Under the pieces are notes generated by a model. That model did no database searches and had not been told where the DNA came from. It saw only the letters and a program-made list of their open reading frames with translations. From Candidatus Omnitrophota bacterium (GTDB lineage Bacteria; Omnitrophota; Gorgyraeia; Aquiviventales; Aquiviventaceae), in the NCBI GenBank assembly GCA_023247255.1, contig JAHFGV010000005.1, forward strand, positions 6,067 to 70,066: a stretch of DNA of 64,000 nucleotides. The letters run 5' to 3'. How positions within the stretch are numbered: the stretch's first letter is position 1; each line of letters starts with the position of its first letter. Position numbers and translations under genes: made by a program. Shown in pieces: positions 51,868 through 61,435 of this stretch.

Positions 51868-52801
51868 TGTCCAGTTTGATCCAGCATTTGTGGAAGAGAC
51901 GGTTTTCCTTGAATTGAGGAACCGGGAAGCCCTCGGCAATTGCGCGATGGCGCAGGCGTTTCATGTACAGCGCAGCGCCCTCTATGACACCACGACCGCA
52001 ACAGGCGAGCGCGAGGCGCGATTTCAGCAGCTGGCAGCCCGCTATTTCCAGGAGCTTGGATTCTCCGAGCTCTTTGCGAAACGGTTCGAAGAGTTTCCGC
52101 TGATCGGAGCGCATGTTCCTGTTGCGCTGGTGCGACGCGCCTGGAGCCGCAAGGAAGAGCGCGTTGAGTTATACGTTCCCCCTACGCCCGGTGGGGGCTC
52201 AAGCCTCAAAGCTTTTCCGACGCTGTGGATCGGTTTTCAGGTCGCCCGGTGCTTAAATCGCGAGCAGCTCGTGGCGTTCCTGCGGCATGAGCTCATGCAC
52301 ATCTCTGATATGTTTGACCCGGCGTTCGGGTACCAACCGCATCCAGACTTCGGCGCGGAGTGTGAAACAGAAGAGGACCTAATCCGTAAGCGCTTCCGAT
52401 TGCTGTGGAACCTCGTTGTGGATGGGCGGATGCGCCGGAAGGGCTGGCCGGCCGTTGACCATGGAACGACACGTCTTCGGGAGTTTGAGCGGGCGTTTGC
52501 CTCCTGGGACCCGCAGCGCCGCGAGGCGGTGTGGCCGGATCTTGGCAACCGAGCATCCTGCACGCAACGTGAGCTCCTGGAACTGGCGAAGGACGAACGT
52601 CTCACCCGGATGCTGGGGCAAGGCGGCGTTCGCTGCCCCTTGTGCCATTTTCCGACGCGGGAGGGCGTGTGCGATTGGCGTGGCGAACGCGCGGCTGTTG
52701 CTGAAGCGATCCAAACGGATTACGCCTGGTGGGATCCGGTTCAGGGAGCATGCCGGCAGTGCTTCGAGTTGTATCGCGCAAGGCTACCGGTGATGGGATG
52801 A
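51854..52801 (+). CDS. Hypothetical protein with an HExxH motif and a C-terminal Cys4 zinc-ribbon
   Basis: LRHELMHISDMFDP. CPLCHF-x9-C...CRQC. Confidence 0.45.
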   Translation: MASVDVQFDPAFVEETVFLELRNREALGNCAMAQAFHVQRSALYDTTTATGEREARFQQLAARYFQELGFSELFAKRFEEFPLIGAHVPVALVRRAWSRKEERVELYVPPTPGGGSSLKAFPTLWIGFQVARCLNREQLVAFLRHELMHISDMFDPAFGYQPHPDFGAECETEEDLIRKRFRLLWNLVVDGRMRRKGWPAVDHGTTRLREFERAFASWDPQRREAVWPDLGNRASCTQRELLELAKDERLTRMLGQGGVRCPLCHFPTREGVCDWRGERAAVAEAIQTDYAWWDPVQGACRQCFELYRARLPVMG

Positions 52802-53172
52802 CGCGCGAAGACGCAAATGCGACGAACGGCGAAATCAATCGGCGCACGTTTCTCGCCTCGGCGCCTCGGCACCTGCTGGACGGGCTGAGAGCGCTGATGA
52901 GCGATCTCAGAGGGCTCTCGCCGCCTGTCTTGGATGACCAGGCATGGCCGCTTCCTCGAAAGGTGGCGATGCTGGATGTCTCGCGGTGTCTCGCGTGGGG
53001 AGGAGGGGGCTGTCAGGTGTGTTATCTCCGGTGTCCCCTGCGTGAGCGTGCGATGGTGTTTGAGGATGGCAAACCAACGGTGGTGGCTTCCATGTGCGAC
53101 GGCTGTGGTGTCTGTGTCGAGGCGTGCGAAGCCGTCAATGACCTTGGAGCGATGACGCGTGTGAGTGTATGA
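52799..53172 (+). CDS. Tat-signal ferredoxin-like protein with two [4Fe-4S] motifs (NapF/NapG-like accessory)
   Basis: NRRTFLAS twin-arginine. CLAWGGGGCQVCYLRCP and CDGCGVCVEAC. Confidence 0.55.
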
Positions 53173-53888
53173 CGCGCGTCAGGGTTCTTTGGGGTGTGAT
53201 CGCGTAGGGTACGTGGTGGGATGACAATTCGAAACGACGCTCCGAGTTCAGCGACCTAAGCTCGCGTGATGGCGGGGATGGTCCCTGAACCCCTGTCCCA
53301 CACGCAACGCCGCGTGTAGGACCGGGCCGGGAAGGAAACGACTCGGCCTCCTCGTGTTCGGAAAGGAGACGGCAGGCTGGAGTATCGTCAAGCCAGCTTC
53401 TCTTTCCACACGAGGAGCTGGCTTGTTTCGTCACTGAGGGACGGTACCCGATGCAGGAACAACGTGTGACGCTCTGGTGCAAGGTGTTGGGTCGGCTGGT
53501 TGAGGTGGTCATCGCCAGGAATCACCATGCCCAGCCACCAGTCCCAGGGGTCCCTGAAGGCTGGAAGGTAACGGAGTGTCTGGAGAAAGACACGCCGTGT
53601 TTTGGCAAGGGCTGTCCGTTCACTACGGATGGTGGAGAGTCCCCCTTTGGGGAGGCGGGCGAGCTGCCCGATCTCTCCTCTGAGTCGTTCGATCCGCTCG
53701 CTGAACCAGGGTCTGAGGGAAAGGGTAGTTGACCCCACCACCTGTCTGTCAAGGCAGCTCCGTTGTTCCACGCTGACAGGATGCCTTGATGGACGTGACA
53801 GGGAATCGGACACGATGTTTCGGTATACAGTAAAAAGATTAGTAGGCACGTCCAAGACCGCCGTCTGCGGTTCCAGCCAGGTGGTGCG

Positions 53889-54875
53889 GTGATGGGCGCA
53901 CTCTGCGATCGGTTTGGCCGTCGCATCGAGTACCTGCGCATCTCGGTGACGGATCGGTGTAACCTCCGCTGCATCTATTGCCTGCCGGCGTGCGGAATCA
54001 AGTGGCTGCCGCGCGAGGAGATCCTGCGGTTTGAGGAGATCCGGGAAATCGTTCGCGTTGGGATAGCCCTGGGACTCACCCATGTGCGGCTGACCGGCGG
54101 CGAGCCACTCATCCGCGAAGGCCTTGCCGAGCTCGTCCAGATGCTCGCGGCGATCCCACACCTCGAAGACCTCTCCTTGAGTACGAACGGGGTGTTGCTC
54201 TCGCGAGACGCGAGGACGCTTGCGCGCGCCGGCCTTCGGCGCGTCAACATCAGCCTCGACACGCTAAAGGCTGAGCGGTTTCATGCCATCACGCGCTTCG
54301 GCGCGGTGTCCGATGTCCAGGCGGGGATTGAAGCTGCCTTGGAAGTGGGGCTTGATCCGGTCAAGCTCAATGTCGTGGTCATGCGCGGAATCAACGACGA
54401 TGAACTCGTTGAACTGGGTCGCCTCACAATCGATCGACCACTCCATGTGCGCTTTATCGAGCTGATGCCCATCGGGGATTTCTTCTCACGGGAGCGCCTG
54501 GTGCCGTCCGAGGAAATCCTCGCGTGTCTGGGCGCGTTGGGTGAGCTGTGGCCGAGTAGTGGCCCAGGTGGTTGCGGCCCGGCGAGAACGTTTGCGTTGG
54601 ACAAAGCGCAGGGAACCATCGGCATCATCGGGGCGGTAACGCAGGCCTTCTGTGCGCAGTGCAATCGGCTTCGGCTGACGGCAACCGGCCAGTTGCGGCC
54701 GTGTCTTGATGATACCGCAGCGGTTGATCTCAAACCCGCGCTGCGCCCCGCGATTGATCCCGGGCGGCTCGCTGAGTTGGTGCAACAGGCCGTAGAAGCA
54801 AAACCAGAGCAGCACAGCATGGCGCAACGGGATGCGGGGACCCCCCGCTTCTGCATGGCGGGAGTCGGCGGATGA
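53889..54875 (+). CDS. moaA: GTP 3',8-cyclase MoaA
   Basis: CNLRCIYC radical-SAM motif. C-terminal CAQCNRLRLTATGQLRPC. Confidence 0.9.
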   Translation: MMGALCDRFGRRIEYLRISVTDRCNLRCIYCLPACGIKWLPREEILRFEEIREIVRVGIALGLTHVRLTGGEPLIREGLAELVQMLAAIPHLEDLSLSTNGVLLSRDARTLARAGLRRVNISLDTLKAERFHAITRFGAVSDVQAGIEAALEVGLDPVKLNVVVMRGINDDELVELGRLTIDRPLHVRFIELMPIGDFFSRERLVPSEEILACLGALGELWPSSGPGGCGPARTFALDKAQGTIGIIGAVTQAFCAQCNRLRLTATGQLRPCLDDTAAVDLKPALRPAIDPGRLAELVQQAVEAKPEQHSMAQRDAGTPRFCMAGVGG

Positions 54876-55348
54876 AGATGGTTTCGACGCAGCGTCGACA
54901 CAACGCGCAGGTGCGCATGGCGGATGTAAGCGCGAAGTCCCCAATCCTCCGGACGGCGGTGGCGCGGTGTGAACTGGTGATGAAGCCAAGGACGCTGGCG
55001 ACCATTAAGGCGGGCAAACTGCCAAAGGGCGATGTATGGCCGGTCGCCCAGGTCGCGGGGATTCTGGCGACGAAGCGAACGGCCGAGCTCATCCCCCTGT
55101 GCCATCCAATTTCAATCAACCATGTCACCTTGCGTCAGGAATTGAATGGGCGATGTGTGACAATTGAAGCTGAGGTCACCACGACGGCGCCCACAGGCCC
55201 GGAAATGGAAGCCCTGACGGCGGCGGCCGTCGCGGCGCTTACGGTCTACGACATGTGCAAAGTCATCGAACGGGGCATCGTGATTCGACAGCTGTATCTG
55301 GTGAGCAAGTCAGGTGGTAAGAGCGGCACGTGGAGGCGACATCAGTAA
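54872..55348 (+). CDS. moaC: Cyclic pyranopterin monophosphate synthase MoaC
   Basis: 158 aa. LIPLCHPI motif. Confidence 0.9.
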   Translation: MKMVSTQRRHNAQVRMADVSAKSPILRTAVARCELVMKPRTLATIKAGKLPKGDVWPVAQVAGILATKRTAELIPLCHPISINHVTLRQELNGRCVTIEAEVTTTAPTGPEMEALTAAAVAALTVYDMCKVIERGIVIRQLYLVSKSGGKSGTWRRHQ

Positions 55349-55584
55349 TGTGGTCACGCTGTTGGTGGGCGACCTGGGTGTCAGGGTTCTTCGGGATCGC
55401 CGGTGTCTTGCATGTGGCGAGGTTCTTCTTCCGCGTTCCCGTGCGGGTCGGGACGTATGATGTCCCGCTCAGGGTCAGCGTGCTGGTTGGCGTGGTGTTC
55501 GTCAGCATCTCAGCGGGGTTGCTCTGGATCGAGGTCCAGCGTGAGCGAACCAAGCGTCGCTCAGTGGGAGAACAGAAGGCGTAA
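55330..55584 (+). CDS. Possible small 2-TM membrane protein
   Basis: Two hydrophobic helices. No other support. Confidence 0.25.
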   Translation: MEATSVMWSRCWWATWVSGFFGIAGVLHVARFFFRVPVRVGTYDVPLRVSVLVGVVFVSISAGLLWIEVQRERTKRRSVGEQKA

Positions 55585-55585
55585 G

Positions 55586-56068
55586 ATGACGTGGGAGGTG
55601 GGGATTCTGACCGTCAGCGACACGCGCTCTCAAGGCATCCGGGCAGACACGGCGACAGCGCTCATCCGCCAACTCTTGGAGAAGGCCGGGTTTGCGGTGT
55701 GCGAGACCCTCCTGGTTCCAGATGATGTCCGGCAGATTCAAGAGCTGCTCATCGACTTCGCCGATCGGCGGAAGCTTCCACTCGTTATCACAACCGGGGG
55801 GACAGGCTTTGGGCCACGCGACGTGACCCCGGAGGCGACGTGTCGTGTGATCGAACGCGAGGTGCCGGGTTTGCCTGAAGCGATGCGAGTGGCCACGGCA
55901 GAACGAAATCCTCTAGCTTGGTTATCACGTGGCGTGGCGGGACTGCGAGGCCGCACCCTGATCGTCAATCTCCCAGGTAATCCCGATGGCGCAATGGAGT
56001 GCTTAGAGGCGCTCCTGCCGCTATTGCCGCATGCACTTGAGATGGTCAACGGATGCGCTCATGGGTGA
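55586..56068 (+). CDS. moaB: MoaB/MogA-family molybdopterin adenylyltransferase
   Basis: ITTGGTGFGPRDVTPEA motif. ATG 55586. Confidence 0.8.
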   Translation: MTWEVGILTVSDTRSQGIRADTATALIRQLLEKAGFAVCETLLVPDDVRQIQELLIDFADRRKLPLVITTGGTGFGPRDVTPEATCRVIEREVPGLPEAMRVATAERNPLAWLSRGVAGLRGRTLIVNLPGNPDGAMECLEALLPLLPHALEMVNGCAHG

Positions 56069-56705
56069 CCATCAGCACCACGCGCAGACCATTCGGCACT
56101 TTGGGCACCTGGCCGCCCACTACGACCATCGGCATCGGCACTATAACCAGGTGACCTTGAGCCGGGCGGTGGAAGCGCTAAAGCTCTCTCCGGCGGGATG
56201 TGTGCTCGACGTGGGGTGTGGGACCGGGGAGCTGATGCGGCTCGTGCAGAGTCACCATCCGCAGGCAACCCTCGTCGGGATCGGTGTGACGCCTGAGATG
56301 ATTGCGGTCACACGGGAGAAATTTCAGCACGTGCCTCGGGTGAGGTTGTGCCTCGCGGAAGCCGAGGCGCTGCCGTTTGCTGCGGAAAGTTTCGAGGCGG
56401 TCGTCTCCTGTAACATGTTGCATCATGTGCACGCGATCGACCAGTTGTTTCGCGAATGTGCGCGGGTCCTGCGACCCCAGGGTCAATTGGTCGTTGTCGA
56501 CTGGTCCCGGGACTTCTGGCACTGCCAGCTGGCCCACTACTGTCTCCGTCTTGTCAAGCGTAGCTACGTGAAGATGTACCGCGCGTCCGAACTCGTCAAG
56601 CTCGCTGCGCCGCTTGGCCTAGCCGTGGAGGATGTCAGCCGGTTCTTCGTGCCACCCTATTTCGGGATGATGCGGGTGGTGGCCACAAGGCAGGAGACGC
56701 CTTGA
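56061..56705 (+). CDS. Class I SAM-dependent methyltransferase
   Basis: VLDVGCGTGEL motif I. Confidence 0.7.
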   Translation: MGDHQHHAQTIRHFGHLAAHYDHRHRHYNQVTLSRAVEALKLSPAGCVLDVGCGTGELMRLVQSHHPQATLVGIGVTPEMIAVTREKFQHVPRVRLCLAEAEALPFAAESFEAVVSCNMLHHVHAIDQLFRECARVLRPQGQLVVVDWSRDFWHCQLAHYCLRLVKRSYVKMYRASELVKLAAPLGLAVEDVSRFFVPPYFGMMRVVATRQETP

Positions 56706-56706
56706 G

Positions 56707-57440
56707 ATGGACGGCCTGTGGTGGCTTGTCCCTGTGTTTTTTGTGATTGCCCTGGCATACGCTTCGGTGGGGCACGGGGGCGCATCGGGGTATCTGGCGG
56801 CGCTGTCGTTTTTCGCCTTCTGTCCGGATGAAATGGCCACGACGGCGCTCACGTTGAATCTCTTCGTAGCTGGCATAGCCCTGATGAGCTTTGCGCGGGC
56901 AGGCCATTTTGTCGGCCGACTCACGTGGCCGTTTGTCGTCGCGTCGGTCCCAGCCGCTTTTCTGGGAGGGCTCATCCCTGTGTCGGTTCGCTTCTATCAG
57001 GTGCTGCTCGCGATCGCCTTGGGCGTGGCGGCGGTCCGTCTTTCCCTGGATCTCCGTGGCCGAGAAGAGGGTCGTGTCGTGAGGCCCAGCTTGGCGCTCG
57101 CGTTGCCGACCGGCGGCGGAATCGGGTGGCTCTCGGGAGTAGTCGGCGTAGGAGGAGGGATTTTCCTGAGCCCCTTTCTGCTGTTATTGCGCTGGGCTAC
57201 CCCAAAGCAGACAGCCGCCGCTTCAGCCGCGTTCATCCTCATCAATTCAGCCGCCGGTCTTTGCGGGCGGTCAGATCCGGCCTTGAGTATGGAACCCTGT
57301 GGCCGTTGCTCGCAGCCGCCCTGATCGGTGGATGGGTTGGCGCACACCTGGGCGCGAACCATTTCTCTGGACAGATACTAAAACGGCTCCTGGCGGTCAT
57401 ACTTCTCATCGCAGCTGCCAAGTTGCTTATCAGCCAATGA
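56707..57440 (+). CDS. TauE/SafE-family (sulfite exporter-like) membrane protein, split by an apparent frameshift near 57255-57290
   Basis: Two overlapping ORFs (56707..57324 and 56925..57440) together reconstruct a TauE-like protein. Confidence 0.5.
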
Positions 57441-58690
57441 GCGCACACAGGACACAGGTTCACGTTTCGGCACCCCGCCTCACCCGTGTTGACGAAGCCA
57501 GACGCATCGTGCTGGCGCAGGCCACGACGCTTGGCCCAGAACGGGTGCGGTTGGAGGATGGCATCGGCCGGGTCCTTGCGCAAGACGTCATCGCCGAGGC
57601 GAGCTTACCTCCCTTTGACAACTCGGCGATGGATGGCTATACCGTTCGATCCGCCGATACGGCTGGTGCGTCACGAGAACAACCCGTGAGGCTGAAGCTT
57701 GTCGGTAAGGTGGCTGCTGGTCAGACGCTGGAACGTGAGGTCAACCGAGGCGAGGCGGCCAAGATCATGACCGGGGCGCCGCTTCCGATCGGGGCCGATA
57801 GCGTCGTGATGTTAGAAGAAGCGCGGTTCCGTGATGGGATCGTCGAGATCCGAAGTCCCGTGGCGCCTGGGAGCCACATCCGCAAAGTAGGTGAGGATAT
57901 CCCGGCGGGCAACAGCGTCCTCACGGCGGGGTCCCGGATTCGCCTCCAGCATCTCGGTCTGCTCGCTGGGTTGGGATATGCGACGCTTCCGGTCTATCGC
58001 TCGCCCACCGTCGTGGTCCTGGCGACCGGCAGCGAACTCGTGAACATCGACGAGCCACTGGCGCCAGGAAAGATCCGCAACTCCAACGGCTTGGTGCTGG
58101 CTGCCCTCCTGCGCCAGCTTGGGATCCAGCCCCTTGATCTGGGCACGGCGGTTGATGAACGAGTGCGCATCCAGCGAAAGCTCCAGGAAGCTGCCGCGTC
58201 TGACGTCATCCTGATTTCTGGAGGCGTGTCAGTTGGCGAACACGATCTCGTGAAGCGCATTCTGCGGGATCTGGGGATGGAGATATTCTTCTGGCGGGTC
58301 AACATGAAACCCGGAAAGCCGCTGCTCTTCGGGCGCTGGCGAGGCAAAGTGATATTTGGGTTGCCAGGCAATCCCATTTCCTGTGTGGTGTGTTTTCTGG
58401 AATTCATCAGTCCGTTTCTGAGAAAAGTGATGGGGGAACGGGACGTGGATCAGGGACGGGTTCACGCACGGCTCACTCAGTCGATCAGGAAGAAAGAGCC
58501 ACGTAGGCAACTCTTCACGGCGAAGCTCGAAGAGGATCAGGGCGGGCTTTCGGTGACGCCGACACCGCAGCAGGGCTCAGGGATGCTCAACAGCCTTGCG
58601 CAGGCGAATGCCTTCATCGTCGTTCCTGAGGAAACGATGCGACTTGAGGCCAGTGATCTCGTCGAAGTCCTACCACTGTGGGGTGACTGA
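57437..58690 (+). CDS. moeA: Molybdopterin molybdotransferase MoeA
   Basis: ATG 57437 (AATGA overlap). LPPFDNSAMDGY and GGVSVGEHD motifs. Confidence 0.85.
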   Translation: MSAHRTQVHVSAPRLTRVDEARRIVLAQATTLGPERVRLEDGIGRVLAQDVIAEASLPPFDNSAMDGYTVRSADTAGASREQPVRLKLVGKVAAGQTLEREVNRGEAAKIMTGAPLPIGADSVVMLEEARFRDGIVEIRSPVAPGSHIRKVGEDIPAGNSVLTAGSRIRLQHLGLLAGLGYATLPVYRSPTVVVLATGSELVNIDEPLAPGKIRNSNGLVLAALLRQLGIQPLDLGTAVDERVRIQRKLQEAAASDVILISGGVSVGEHDLVKRILRDLGMEIFFWRVNMKPGKPLLFGRWRGKVIFGLPGNPISCVVCFLEFISPFLRKVMGERDVDQGRVHARLTQSIRKKEPRRQLFTAKLEEDQGGLSVTPTPQQGSGMLNSLAQANAFIVVPEETMRLEASDLVEVLPLWGD

Positions 58691-59172
58691 TGGCGCTCGT
58701 GGTGAGTATCTATGGCCCGTCAGGCAGCGGTAAGACGACGCTGATCGAACGTTTGATCCCTCGGCTTGTGGCACGTGGCCTCAAGATCGGTGTGATCAAG
58801 CATACTCACCACGGCCTTACGGTGGATCCTCAAGGGAAGGATAGCTGGCGAATATGGCAGGCTGGCGCGCAGGCGGTGCTTCTGGCTGCGCCACAGGAAA
58901 TTCTACTGAGGCAGCGGAGTTCGGAACCTTCCTTTGGCAGCGCACTGGCACTGATGCCCGGTGATCTGGATTGCATTTTTGTCGAGGGGTTTGCAGGTGA
59001 CACCACAGCACCGCAAGCGAATGTGCAATTACGGCTGGCCGTTTCTCATGAGGGTGTGTGGCTCAACGGGAGGCAGCGATCTCGCGATGATCTTGCCGCT
59101 GTTGAAGAAGCCATCATTGAGTTGATGAAGGGTTCTACGGGTGCCGACCTGATCAGAATGATGCAGGGATGA
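58690..59172 (+). CDS. mobB: Molybdopterin-guanine dinucleotide biosynthesis adapter MobB
   Basis: P-loop GPSGSGKTTL. 160 aa. Confidence 0.8.
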   Translation: MALVVSIYGPSGSGKTTLIERLIPRLVARGLKIGVIKHTHHGLTVDPQGKDSWRIWQAGAQAVLLAAPQEILLRQRSSEPSFGSALALMPGDLDCIFVEGFAGDTTAPQANVQLRLAVSHEGVWLNGRQRSRDDLAAVEEAIIELMKGSTGADLIRMMQG

Positions 59173-59441
59173 CCGTTTCGAGCATAGCAGTCCAAATGTC
59201 CGTCCGAGTTCTGTCGTTTGCCCAGTTACGGGGGCTGTTTGGAGCCGACGAGCTGGTCGTGTCCCTGCCGGGTGGATCGACTGGTCGGGACGTGATGAGA
59301 TGGTTTGTCCAACGCAACCCTAAGGTGGAAGATTTGCTTTCGGTTTCGCGGCTGGCGGTCAACGGTGAGTACGTGTCGTTGGAGCAGGTATTGAAGGATC
59401 GGGATGAGGTCGTGATCATCCCTCCGGTGAGCGGAGGCTGA
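59169..59441 (+). CDS. moaD: Molybdopterin synthase sulfur carrier subunit MoaD
   Basis: 90 aa ending in the diglycine ...PPVSGG. Confidence 0.75.
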   Translation: MTVSSIAVQMSVRVLSFAQLRGLFGADELVVSLPGGSTGRDVMRWFVQRNPKVEDLLSVSRLAVNGEYVSLEQVLKDRDEVVIIPPVSGG

Positions 59442-59443
59442 CG

Positions 59444-59872
59444 ATGGCCTTTTTGACGCATGACCCCATTTCAGTGACCGAGTGGCACGACATTACTGTT
59501 GATCAGCGCAACGGTGCCTCTGTGGAGTTTCTGGGGATTGTGCGCGGACACGAGGGGAATCGAGCGATCGTCTATCTCGAGTATGAGGCGTATGAGCCGA
59601 TGGCAGAGCGGCTCATCGCCCAGTTTGTTAAGGAAGCTAAAACGCGCTGGCCTCTTCACCAGGTCTACGCGCGTCATCGCTTGGGCCGAGTGGATGTGGG
59701 AGAGATTGCCGTGCTGATCGGCGTCCAGGCGCCACACCGGGACCAAGTGTTTGAAGCGTGCCGCTTCCTCATCGACGCCATCAAACGTGATGCGCCGATC
59801 TGGAAGATAGCCTATGACGCAACCGGCGAAGTCGCCCAGGAATACCATGTCTACGAAGGCCGAAATCACTGA
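59444..59872 (+). CDS. moaE: Molybdopterin synthase catalytic subunit MoaE
   Basis: 142 aa. GIVRGHEGNRAIVYLEYEAYEPMA. Confidence 0.85.
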   Translation: MAFLTHDPISVTEWHDITVDQRNGASVEFLGIVRGHEGNRAIVYLEYEAYEPMAERLIAQFVKEAKTRWPLHQVYARHRLGRVDVGEIAVLIGVQAPHRDQVFEACRFLIDAIKRDAPIWKIAYDATGEVAQEYHVYEGRNH

Positions 59873-60644
59873 CACAATCGCACACCCAGCGCCTGCAACA
59901 TTAGCAGAAGATCGACTACTTTCAACTGAAGATCGTAAGCTCTCGATCCTTGGGCACCTCGAAGAACTCAGGCGGCGTCTGTGGGTCTGCCTGCTCGCCG
60001 TCGCTGGGGCGTCGGCGGTGAGCTTCACATGGGTCGGGCAACTCATCGAGTGGCTGAAACGGCCGGCTGGTGCGGCATTGCCAAAGCTGGCGTTCTTCAG
60101 CCCTCCTGAGGCGCTCCTCGCCTACATGAAGGTGGCTGTGACGGCGGGGCTGTTCCTTTGCATGCCGGTCGTGCTCTATGAGCTGTGGGCTTTTGTGAAA
60201 CCTGGCCTGAGCCGTCAGGAGGGCCGCTACGGCGTGGCGTTTGTCTGGTGGGGCAGCGTGCTCTTTCTGGCAGGTGGTGCCTTTGCCTATTGGGTACTCC
60301 TGCCTGTATCGCTGAAGTTCCTGCTCGGCTTTGGCGGGGGGACCCTTGAGCCGATCATCTCGATCAGCAAGTACCTGTCGTTCACCGTGGCGGTCATTCT
60401 GGCCTGTGGGATGGTGTTCCAGCTTCCGCTATTGATCTTCCTGCTGGCGAAACTGGATCTGGTGAAGCCGCGCACGCTCCGGAGCAAGTGGCGCCATGCC
60501 GTGGTGGCGATGGTGGTTGCCGCAGCCCTGCTGACGCCGACCACCGATGTTGCCACGATGCTGCTGCTGGTCGTGCCGATGCTCGCACTCTACGAAGTCT
60601 CAATCTGGATCGCGGGCGTTGCAACACCCAAAGGACGGATGTAA
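59847..60644 (+). CDS. tatC: Twin-arginine translocase subunit TatC
   Basis: ATG 59847. Six TM helices. HLEELRRRL N-terminus typical of TatC. Confidence 0.85.
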   Translation: MSTKAEITDTIAHPAPATLAEDRLLSTEDRKLSILGHLEELRRRLWVCLLAVAGASAVSFTWVGQLIEWLKRPAGAALPKLAFFSPPEALLAYMKVAVTAGLFLCMPVVLYELWAFVKPGLSRQEGRYGVAFVWWGSVLFLAGGAFAYWVLLPVSLKFLLGFGGGTLEPIISISKYLSFTVAVILACGMVFQLPLLIFLLAKLDLVKPRTLRSKWRHAVVAMVVAAALLTPTTDVATMLLLVVPMLALYEVSIWIAGVATPKGRM

Positions 60645-61435
60645 TGGCAGCCGGAGTGACTGGAATCATCCTGGCAGGGGGTGAGAGCCGGCGCATGGGC
60701 CGGAACAAAGCGTTCCTGCCGTGGGGAGACACCACGCTCATCGAACATCTGCTTGAGCGGCTTAAGCCCGTGACGGATGAGCTGATCGTGGCGGTGAAGG
60801 ATGCGCGGGCGTTCCGGAATCTCAAGGCGAGGGTCGTGGAGGATTGCGTGCCGGATGCGCATGCGCTCGGCGGGCTTTACACCGGTTTGCGGACGGCATC
60901 GCATGAGCTGTGCTTCGTGTGTGGATGCGACGCGCCGTTCGTCAGCCCAGGACTGGTGTCTGCGCTGGCCGGACTCAGTGACGGCCATGATCTTGTCATC
61001 CCTCGGAGCCCACGCGGACTCGAGCCGCTTCACGCAGTCTATGCACGCTCATCGTCGCTGCCGGCGATCGAATGGCAACTACGGCGGCAGGTGTGGGATC
61101 TGCTGGTTCTGGTCTCGCGGCTTCGCGTGCGCATCGTGGAAGGCGAGGCGCTTCGGCGGATCGATCCGGCGGGACGCTGCTTCGTGAACCTCAACACCGA
61201 GGCGGACTACGCGATGGCGGAGGCCGTGAGGGTCAGACTTGCGCGGCGCGGGCAAGCAGCGGATGAGAGGTCAGCAGCGCGATCCAGACGCGACGAGCCT
61301 CCCTGCACGCCAGGCGTTTGGCCGCAACCTGTTCCTTCAAGGTCAGCAGGGATGTTTGGGAAGCTTCGGAGAGGGTCTCGCGCAATCGGCGGTACTCCTT
61401 CTCCCAGCGTTCCCATTCGTACAGGGCGGCCTTGA
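60644..61435 (+). CDS. mobA: Molybdenum cofactor guanylyltransferase MobA; 3' end uncertain, no stop until 61435, last ~200 nt low-complexity
   Basis: GIILAGGESRRMGRNKAFLPW N-terminus. TAATG overlap with the tatC stop. Confidence 0.7.
   Translation: MAAGVTGIILAGGESRRMGRNKAFLPWGDTTLIEHLLERLKPVTDELIVAVKDARAFRNLKARVVEDCVPDAHALGGLYTGLRTASHELCFVCGCDAPFVSPGLVSALAGLSDGHDLVIPRSPRGLEPLHAVYARSSSLPAIEWQLRRQVWDLLVLVSRLRVRIVEGEALRRIDPAGRCFVNLNTEADYAMAEAVRVRLARRGQAADERSAARSRRDEPPCTPGVWPQPVPSRSAGMFGKLRRGSRAIGGTPSPSVPIRTGRP

Noticed and set aside
53388-54161. 257-aa minus-strand ORF
   Set aside because: Overlaps the moaA N-terminus and the leader region on the opposite strand. No motifs. Likely a GC-driven artefact, though the long non-coding gap there is unusual.
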